Source of the DNA: a virus | Taxonomy: Duplodnaviria > Caudoviricetes | Direction: 5' to 3' (one strand) | Length of the DNA: 27,652 nucleotides | IMG/VR virus record: IMGVR_UViG_3300017737_000066 | Coordinates: 1-27,652 of that record | Shown here: positions 1 to 6,546 of the stretch, one piece after another | Layout: each line of letters opens with the position of its first letter | Position numbering within the stretch: position 1 is the first letter of the stretch | Notes under the pieces: model-generated | Databases searched by the model: none | What the model saw: the letters and a program-made list of their open reading frames with translations, nothing else | Told to the model about the DNA's origin: nothing | Made by a program: the position numbers and the translations under genes

Positions 1-2
1 AG

Positions 3-1463
3 AGCATAACGTTTGCTAACAAATGGCACTGTTGCTATTTGCGTGTATGTGGAAATTCTGTTGTTGTCTACTTCTGCTTGTCTGTAAGAAGCAAAGTTCA
101 TTGGTGGTTGAAACTTGATATCAAACATTGCTGTGTCAATGTTCACACCTTTTTCTAAAAGGTAACGTTTAAACTCTTGATTAAATTCATCTGATACTAA
201 ATTTTGTAGTCTTTCACAGTATTTGTTGAACCTTAGTTCTTGAATGTATGCTGTTCCTACTCTGCCATCATTGAAACTGCTTTGCGAATCGTCTGCACCT
301 GTTGGCAAATATGAACTTGGTATTCTTAAACCTCTTAATAATTTGTTTGTAAAGTATTTTAGGTCATCAATCTCACCAAGGTTAGTACCGCCTGGTAATG
401 TTTCTACTTTAGAACCTCTTCCTTCTGCTGTTTGTGGGAAGAAATAGTCCTCGTTGATTGAAAGTGGATTATAAGAACTGTCTACTACGTTTGTTCCACC
501 ACCTGTTGATGAAGGAATACGTCTTTGATGAATCTCTGTTTTAACTCTTTCCACAAATTGCATTGCCAAGTGACTTGGCATATTACCTACGTCAATGTAA
601 AACACTCTTCTTTCAGGTGCTCTTTGTACTCTGTAGATTATAATTGCGTCTTCCAGTAATTCTTTTTGTTTGTAAACTTTAAAAATGCTTTCCAACAGTG
701 AATTACCAAACGGAAAGTTGTTGTCCAGTCCTTCACTTAAACTTAAATGTACCATGTGGTCGGCATCAACAGCAATTTCTCTTTGTCCTGTGCCAAATCT
801 TGTTCCTGGTGCTGATGTATTGTCCACTCCAGTCATTCCTCTTACTCCGCCAGTCAAATATCCTGATCCACCGCCAGTAACATTGCCTGTTGTTTGATAA
901 GGTGTAGTTGCTACAAGACTTTTAAAGTTAAAATTGATATCTTTTATAACATATTGCTCAGGAGTTTTACCTGTGCTTTCATTTACAATTATTTTTGTTA
1001 CTTTTGCTGGATCAACGTGAAACATTTTCTTTGTTTCCGGATCTCTAATAAAGAATGCATCACCATACTTGAATACGTTACGCATAATCTTAAACACACG
1101 TTTAGAAAAGTCGTTCATTTTGCACCATTGGTGCAGGTATTGTTCTATGATTTGTATTTCTGTATTAGTTGCTTTCTGATTGTATTCAAATTTGAATGGT
1201 GTATTGTTTTGTGTATTGTTTTGTGTGCAAAATTCTGCTAGGATATCCAATGCGGCATTCACTTCTGAATCTAAATCCATCACATTGTATTGTCCGTATC
1301 TTTCAATTCTGTTTGGTGCACCGCTGTACACATCTGGAAGATATGATGAGTAGTTTGTTTTGGCTGGTCCAGCCTTTCCACCTACTCCACCACCTAAAGG
1401 TGAATTCATTCCGCCTGTGCCGTCTGATAGTGGCACTTCTGTAAAATATTTTTTCCAACTCAT
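3..1463 (-). CDS. gp20: Portal vertex protein (T4 gp20-like), 3' end outside the window
   Basis: Not in the ORF track because it has no stop in the window. Manual translation from ATG at 1463: MSWKKYFTEVP...YLPDVYSGAPNRIERYGQYNVMDLDSEVNAALDILAEFCTQ...IYRVQRAPERRVFYIDVGNMP...EDYFFPQTAEGRGSKVETLPGGTNLGEIDDLKYFTNKLLRGLRIPSSYL...ELRFNKYCERLQ. These are hallmark gp20 motifs. Confidence 0.95.
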   Translation of the reverse strand, partial: MSWKKYFTEVPLSDGTGGMNSPLGGGVGGKAGPAKTNYSSYLPDVYSGAPNRIERYGQYNVMDLDSEVNAALDILAEFCTQNNTQNNTPFKFEYNQKATNTEIQIIEQYLHQWCKMNDFSKRVFKIMRNVFKYGDAFFIRDPETKKMFHVDPAKVTKIIVNESTGKTPEQYVIKDINFNFKSLVATTPYQTTGNVTGGGSGYLTGGVRGMTGVDNTSAPGTRFGTGQREIAVDADHMVHLSLSEGLDNNFPFGNSLLESIFKVYKQKELLEDAIIIYRVQRAPERRVFYIDVGNMPSHLAMQFVERVKTEIHQRRIPSSTGGGTNVVDSSYNPLSINEDYFFPQTAEGRGSKVETLPGGTNLGEIDDLKYFTNKLLRGLRIPSSYLPTGADDSQSSFNDGRVGTAYIQELRFNKYCERLQNLVSDEFNQEFKRYLLEKGVNIDTAMFDIKFQPPMNFASYRQAEVDNNRISTYTQIATVPFVSKRYA

Positions 1464-3607
1464 TATACTGTATCCGACATTTCTGTTGTTGCTTGTGAAG
1501 TTATTCTGCTGTAACGATTGCCATCACTCATTGCCATCAAAATTTGTTCCATCGTACTATTTAACTGATCCAACTTGTCTCCGGTTGAACTTGCGGATGC
1601 CGTTGTTGATCCTACCATACCGCTTCTTAAATTTGTCATTGCATTTCCTAAGTTATCTAAACTGTTAGCATACATGTCTATTTTGGATTTGTCAAGCTCA
1701 TCGAGTGTTTTATTCAAGTTTTTGGCAAAGTTTTCTGATCCTCCACCGAAAATCTTACCTACAAAGCCTGTAACAGCACCTACAGTACTTCCTGCCCCCA
1801 TTGCCGCCATTGCTCCTGACAGTGCCAAAGTGCCTTTGGCTACTTGTATTAAATTGCCGCCATCTACTAATGAAAAACCTTGTAAACCACTGCTAAACTT
1901 CTCTAATGCTCCTCCCATTAAGAAAGTTGCCGCGGCTAAACCTGCTCCTATTGCCGTGATTGCTAGTCCTAAATTCGCCGCACCTAATAGAGTTGCCGGA
2001 TTTGCCATTGCTGTCAAACCGCCTGCTAAACCTTTTAGTCCGCCACCCATGCCGGCTAGTAAACCGCCACCACCTGCACCAGTCTTTCCTAAAACAGATT
2101 TCGCTCCACCACCCGGTCCGCCTCCTGTTAGATAACTTGTAACTCCCTTGACGGCTTTCTTGCCGGCGATCGCAGTCAATGCCGCCGCCGCTACACCTGC
2201 CGCAACGTATAGTCCTCCCATTGCCACTTTGCCACCTTCTGACAACTCATCGAACCAATCGTTAAATTTCGTTCCTAAATCATCCAATGTGGTTGCAATA
2301 AAAGATTCAGGACCAATTATGCTTGCCAAGCCACCTATAATAATATCAACTCCTTGTTGGAATGGAGTCAATAATTTTTGAAATTTTGAACGCAAGTTTT
2401 CACTGGCATTCTGAAATTGTTTTGCACCTTCAGTGCTTGCCGCTCTTGCTTCTTGTTCTGCTATGATGGCACTTGTACTTTGTCCTAAGAATTTTCTGAA
2501 CTTAACAGAATCTGCCGCAACATTGAAAAATTCATTGCCCACGCCTAGTTGAGTAGCAATTAATTTTTTCTGACCTTCGTCCATGTTGGCAATGCTTTCA
2601 CCGTTACGTGCCAGTGCTTGAATAAACATATCACTTGCACCAGGTACACCATCTCTCAATGCCGACACTGCTTCACGCACACCGTCCACAGCAAATATAC
2701 CAACTTGTTCTCCGCCTTCTGGGAATCCTTTTGCTAACAATCCTGTAACAGCACTTACCATTTCTGGTGCCGCCGCTTTGACCCTTACCATGGTTGCTTC
2801 TATTTCACTGTTTGAAATTAAACGTAACTCTCTGGCATCTGCCACTGCTTGTAATTCATCTTTCACTTGATCTCTTTGCAATCCAGTTAATCTTGACAAT
2901 TGGTCTAATCTCAATAGATATTCTTGCGAGCCTGCAACCAACTGTGAATTACTCATTGATTGAGATCTGCCCAAAGTAGTCTGTAAGTCTAGATAATCAG
3001 CAAAGCCTTCTGTGATATCTTCCATAGAAAATCCAAGACCTGCGATTGTTTTTCTGAAATCACTCTGTAATAGTGATGTCATTATTGTGTTGAATCTTCT
3101 TGCACCTTCGTTTGCACTACCGCCAAAACCAGCCAGTGATGTGTTGGCACTCATTAATGCCTGGGCTAATCTTGTCATGTCTATTCCGGCGTCGCCTGCT
3201 ATACGTCTAAAATCACTAACTGTTTGAGTTGTGTTCGCGCCTATCTCTGCCAAGTTTCTGAAAGTGTCAACATTTTCAAACACTCTTGCCGCTAGGTCGG
3301 CTGTGAATTGTAAAAATACTTTGTTTAATCCTGTGGTGCTTTGTGATAGAACACCGAGTCCGCCAACCAATCCGTCTGCTCCATCTTTCAACATTGCAAA
3401 GCCGGCTCCTGCCGCACCTAAAACTTTTTTGAATACAACAACTGATTTGCTGGTTTTTTTGGTTTCTTCTGTGAACTCGCGTTGAGCACCACTGTTACCA
3501 CCACCTCCAGACCCACCTACAGCCTTCAATATCTTTTTGGCAGTATCTTCGCTGGCTAGCCCACCTTTTTTAACCGCGTCTTCTAATAATTCTTCAATTG
3601 TTGCCAT
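1463..3607 (-). CDS. Probable tail tape measure protein
   Basis: 714 aa, Ala/Gly/Leu-rich and predicted helical, with hydrophobic Gly/Ala stretches in the C-terminal half. Divergent from a gp26-like gene. Its TAA overlaps the portal ATG (TAATG). Confidence 0.7.
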   Translation of the reverse strand: MATIEELLEDAVKKGGLASEDTAKKILKAVGGSGGGGNSGAQREFTEETKKTSKSVVVFKKVLGAAGAGFAMLKDGADGLVGGLGVLSQSTTGLNKVFLQFTADLAARVFENVDTFRNLAEIGANTTQTVSDFRRIAGDAGIDMTRLAQALMSANTSLAGFGGSANEGARRFNTIMTSLLQSDFRKTIAGLGFSMEDITEGFADYLDLQTTLGRSQSMSNSQLVAGSQEYLLRLDQLSRLTGLQRDQVKDELQAVADARELRLISNSEIEATMVRVKAAAPEMVSAVTGLLAKGFPEGGEQVGIFAVDGVREAVSALRDGVPGASDMFIQALARNGESIANMDEGQKKLIATQLGVGNEFFNVAADSVKFRKFLGQSTSAIIAEQEARAASTEGAKQFQNASENLRSKFQKLLTPFQQGVDIIIGGLASIIGPESFIATTLDDLGTKFNDWFDELSEGGKVAMGGLYVAAGVAAAALTAIAGKKAVKGVTSYLTGGGPGGGAKSVLGKTGAGGGGLLAGMGGGLKGLAGGLTAMANPATLLGAANLGLAITAIGAGLAAATFLMGGALEKFSSGLQGFSLVDGGNLIQVAKGTLALSGAMAAMGAGSTVGAVTGFVGKIFGGGSENFAKNLNKTLDELDKSKIDMYANSLDNLGNAMTNLRSGMVGSTTASASSTGDKLDQLNSTMEQILMAMSDGNRYSRITSQATTEMSDTV

Positions 3608-3635
3608 TATGTGATACCAAAATCCTTGTTACTTG

Positions 3636-3683
3636 TATTTAATGCCAATCATTAAGTATGCAGTTAATATGTCATACTAAATA
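3636..3683. promoter_or_regulatory. Divergent pair of putative late promoters (TAAATA on each strand) around a pseudo-palindrome
   Basis: TATTTA 3636-3641 (TAAATA on minus), 9 nt, ATTAAGTATGCAGTTAAT 3651-3668, 9 nt, TAAATA 3678-3683. TAAATA is the core of the T4 late promoter TATAAATA. Confidence 0.65.
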
Positions 3684-3725
3684 TTAGCAGTTTAAAAGTT
3701 AATAACAATATTTATTGGAGATTGA

Positions 3726-4592
3726 ATGTCACAAGAACAAATAGGTACAAATAATAACCCACTTAAAAAGTATTACAGACAGCCCAAACAGTTTGTAAGA
3801 TTGCCAAGTGGTTATAAATTTTATCCTGAAGGATCTATACAGGTTCCTGAATCAGGAGATGTTGCTGTGTATCCTATGACAGCAAAAGATGAAATGTTGC
3901 TGAAAACTCCAGATGCATTGTTGAATGGAGAAGCCACTGTGACAGTGATACAGAGTTGTATACCGTCAATTAAGAATGCATGGGCAATGCCTTCGATAGA
4001 TTGCGATGCGGCATTGATGACCATCAGAATGGCCACATATGGAACCAGCATGACTATGCCAATCAAAGTGCCGGGCACATCCATTGAGAAAGAATTGGTG
4101 TTGGATTTACAAGAAAGTTTGAACAGCATCCTGTCAGCACAATACAATGATACATTTTTTTATCAAAACATGGAAGTAAAAACAAAACCTTTAACGTACA
4201 AAGAGTTTACCGAAAGTGCAATCCAAACATTTGAACAGCAAAGAATTCAAAAGATTGTAGATGACACAAAAATGAATGATGAAGAAAAAGTAAAAGCATT
4301 TCAAGTAACTTTCAAAAAATTAACAGAATTAAGTGTGGGCATGGTGGCTAACACAATAGCATCAATCACAGTGGATGGCGAGACTGTAACCGATGCCAAA
4401 CAAATCAAAGAGTTTTTGGAAAACACTGACAAACAATTTTTCAGTTCCATCATGGAGCATTTGGAAAAAAATAGAGAAGTATTTCAATTAAAACCTCAAA
4501 TCATTAAATCTTCAGAAGAAGAAATTAAGAACGGAGCACCTGCTGAATACACAATACCTGTAGCATTTGATTCAGCAAATTTTTTCGTATAA
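3726..4592 (+). CDS. gp26: Baseplate hub assembly / tail assembly chaperone protein (T4 gp26-like)
   Basis: N-terminal LPS.G...V.VYPMTAKDEMLL...TVIQSCIP...SIDCDAALMTIRMATYG pattern typical of gp26-like proteins. GGAG SD upstream. Ends in NFFV*. Confidence 0.7.
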   Translation: MSQEQIGTNNNPLKKYYRQPKQFVRLPSGYKFYPEGSIQVPESGDVAVYPMTAKDEMLLKTPDALLNGEATVTVIQSCIPSIKNAWAMPSIDCDAALMTIRMATYGTSMTMPIKVPGTSIEKELVLDLQESLNSILSAQYNDTFFYQNMEVKTKPLTYKEFTESAIQTFEQQRIQKIVDDTKMNDEEKVKAFQVTFKKLTELSVGMVANTIASITVDGETVTDAKQIKEFLENTDKQFFSSIMEHLEKNREVFQLKPQIIKSSEEEIKNGAPAEYTIPVAFDSANFFV

Positions 4593-4639
4593 AGATATCA
4601 ACACTGCCGACTTCTGACATTATCAAACTCACCAAGGAA

Positions 4640-4816
4640 ATGGAAGGTGAAATTAAAAATTTTAAATCCGATCTATTCAAATTGGCATGGTTCATGCGTG
4701 GATCAATCACTCTGGATGAAATATATGCTACCTGTCATGAAGATAGAGAAGTAATGGGCGGAGTTGTCAAAGAAAATCTAGATACTGCTAAAAAAACAGG
4801 ACAACCCTTCTTTTAA
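4640..4816 (+). CDS. Small baseplate hub assembly protein (gp51-like position); possibly made as a -1 frameshift extension of the upstream gene
   Basis: 58 aa ORF missed by the track: MEGEIKNFKSDLFKLAWFMRGSITLDEIYATCHEDREVMGGVVKENLDTAKKTGQPFF*. The frame is open upstream to 4571 and overlaps the gp26-like end in the -1 frame. Confidence 0.75.
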   Translation: MEGEIKNFKSDLFKLAWFMRGSITLDEIYATCHEDREVMGGVVKENLDTAKKTGQPFF

Positions 4817-4906
4817 CATATAGATACTATATATAAAGTATAAAAAATCATACACACACGGTGCCTAGAACCAAATAGCATCATTTAATCAATGACACAC
4901 ACATTC

Positions 4907-4912
4907 TAAATA
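4907..4912 (+). promoter_or_regulatory. Putative late promoter TAAATA
   Basis: TAAATA 8 nt upstream of ATG 4921, with no SD in between. Confidence 0.45.
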
Positions 4913-4920
4913 AATCACAT

Positions 4921-5493
4921 ATGCAAGTCTACACACAAATTGTACGACCCCAGGAGTTGGATGAGGATGACCTGTGGATTCCCTGTCTTAAAACAGCCAC
5001 CGTTGAACACTCATCTGCAGATGCACAATCGGGATTGATCATCACACACATTGAAGCCATCAAACACTATGCACACAGTCTTACAGAACTGTTGGAACAA
5101 AAGGTGTATGCGGTGGGATCAAAAACTTATGACCGACTCGTAGAGGCGGGCTTCGCAGAAAATAATATTCATTGGCGACACACTGCCAACGATTTAAAAC
5201 TGCGTTCCAAAAACACAGGCCCACTCACTTGGCTCCACGGAGACAAGTACGCCAGAGATTTTCGTGCCATACCTGAAGTCACAGCAATACAGACATACGA
5301 ATCAAAACCAGATCCTACAGCCATCAAACAGATATTGAAATTGGAACCAGATGTTATTCATGTGTATTCTGATTCTGTATTGAAAGAGTTGGAGATTAGG
5401 AACTGGAGTCACACCAAGTTGAAACACGTTGAGTCAGCGGAACCTGATGCCGCTTTATGGTTGGATTGTGAATCGTTTGATCCTAATGTTTAA
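4921..5493 (+). CDS. hemD: Uroporphyrinogen-III synthase (HemD)-like protein, short and divergent
   Basis: HemD-like motifs in the expected order: VRPQ, IPCLK, LIITHIEAI (cf. FTS.NAV), VYAVGSKTYDRLVEAGF (cf. AVG..TA..L...G), WLHGD, QTYES (conserved Tyr), DVIHVYSDSV (cf. F.S.S.V). 190 aa. Confidence 0.65.
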   Translation: MQVYTQIVRPQELDEDDLWIPCLKTATVEHSSADAQSGLIITHIEAIKHYAHSLTELLEQKVYAVGSKTYDRLVEAGFAENNIHWRHTANDLKLRSKNTGPLTWLHGDKYARDFRAIPEVTAIQTYESKPDPTAIKQILKLEPDVIHVYSDSVLKELEIRNWSHTKLKHVESAEPDAALWLDCESFDPNV

Positions 5494-5512
5494 GAACGAC
5501 TAGCGTCGTTCT
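5493..5512. terminator. Hairpin at the convergence of the hemD-like and minus-strand transcripts; possible terminator
   Basis: AGAACGAC-tagc-GTCGTTCT, a perfect 8-bp stem directly at the hemD stop. Only a weak T-tract (GCTTTT) follows. Confidence 0.45.
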
Positions 5513-5878
5513 GCTTTTCGCTTACGCTCAAGCATTTAAGCAATTACATAACGAAGTTATGTTGTGCATCATGCAGACAGTTGATCCATACTTCACCCAG
5601 TAACGGGAAAAGTATGAAGCCATCATGCGAGACTAGCCTGCCATTTTGTGAAAGGAACTTTTGTACGGAAGCGGTGACCCGCCAACTCCCTATTCCAGAC
5701 TTCATTAGTCACGGTCAACTGCGGCACCCTTCACAAACAAAGTGAGCAGTTGTGATGTTGTATCTTTTTCACAGAGCATCTTCTTTTGTGCCTTTAGTAA
5801 GCACTTGCCTTGCAACTCAGGATTCACCATTATTTTTCAAACGCACTTCCTGGATCTACGATCAGCGATGTTGCTATG
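5494..5878 (-). ncRNA. Candidate ~385 nt structured non-coding RNA (or structured origin region) of unknown family
   Basis: No ORF >=60 aa, GC-richer than the flanks, about 10 stems tiling the region. Two stems contain G-U pairs on the minus strand that would be A-C mismatches on plus (5788-5804; 5645-5655 with 5727-5737). Confidence 0.55.
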
Positions 5879-6310
5879 TTAAGCCTTTTTGTAGTTTTTA
5901 AGTTCTTCTTTTAGGATTCGGGAACCACCAACTCTCACATTGATAATTCCGTTGTAGTAATCATCGGTTTCTAGTACTCGCCTTTCGAATTGTTCTCGAG
6001 CCTCGAGATAACTCATTACGCCTCTACCTTTACAGATGTATAATATTTCCCTAGTAAATTTTTCTTCGCCTAATTCTGCCACGTCAGCATTCAAATGGTC
6101 TGAAGATCCCCAATAGTCCTTCCAGTCCGATTCAACTTTGCTTCTACGTTTGTTTATCCTGCCCTTGAGAGGTGGACGTGTCTTCTTGAATTTCGCCAGT
6201 TTTTTACCCACATACTTCTTACCGTTGGTTGTGTTTGTAATGAGATACACAAATCCTTCGCAGTCTTCCGGCAGTGTGTGAATGGGGTTACCCTGATAAG
6301 TCCATGGCAT
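5879..6310 (-). CDS. GIY-YIG family endonuclease (catalytic domain only)
   Basis: GFVYLITN..NGKKYVG (GIY...YIG variant), YWGSS, F.REIL, conserved Glu region YLEAREQ, terminal YYN. 143 aa with no C-terminal DNA-binding repeats. Confidence 0.85.
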   Translation of the reverse strand: MPWTYQGNPIHTLPEDCEGFVYLITNTTNGKKYVGKKLAKFKKTRPPLKGRINKRRSKVESDWKDYWGSSDHLNADVAELGEEKFTREILYICKGRGVMSYLEAREQFERRVLETDDYYNGIINVRVGGSRILKEELKNYKKA

Positions 6311-6327
6311 ATGGACATACTTACTGA

Positions 6328-6546
6328 TTATTTTTTTCGCTCTTGTTGTTTTTGGATCTTGCTCACTTTGTATTGTGCTTCAAGTTCTTTACGTCTTTGA
6401 CGTGCCAAAATTCTAATTTCCGCTAAAGCCTTTCTAGCGGCTACTTTGGTAGCGAGGCTTCGCCTCTCAGCAAACAACTCGTTTGCCTTAAAATAAGCCA
6501 TGTACGCCTTGGTCAGTTTATCGTGTGTATCATCTAGAATGGTCAT
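6328..6546 (-). CDS. Small basic helical protein, possibly a histone-H1/Hc1-like DNA-binding protein
   Basis: 72 aa, K/R/A-rich (YFKANELF...AARKALAEIRILARQRRKEL). Start overlaps the end of gp46. The family call is from memory of similar phage proteins. Confidence 0.55.
   Translation of the reverse strand: MTILDDTHDKLTKAYMAYFKANELFAERRSLATKVAARKALAEIRILARQRRKELEAQYKVSKIQKQQERKK

Noticed and set aside
244-3485. Many short plus-strand ORFs in the track (and short minus-strand ORFs within 3821-26480)
   Set aside because: Antisense shadows of genuine genes, with no start signals or recognisable motifs.
4817-4906. AT-rich stretch with (TA)n and two (CA)n runs
   Set aside because: Short low-complexity intergenic sequence with no spacer-repeat structure; not CRISPR or iterons.
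5551-5560. ACGAAGTTAT matches part of a loxP arm
   Set aside because: Only 10 bp, explained by a local hairpin. There is no second arm and no recombinase in the window.
5631-5737. Group I intron core (GACUA/UAGUC P7-like pair crossing an 11-bp P3-like pairing, beside a GIY-YIG gene)
   Set aside because: There is no room for P4-P6 or P8, no A-rich J8/7, and no interrupted host gene on either side. Not supportable as a canonical intron without cmscan.
5494-5878. tRNA, tmRNA, RNase P or hammerhead identity for the structured region
   Set aside because: No T-loop/CCA end, no RNase P GAGGAAAGUCC core with matching CR-V, and no CUGAUGA...GAAA core on either strand.
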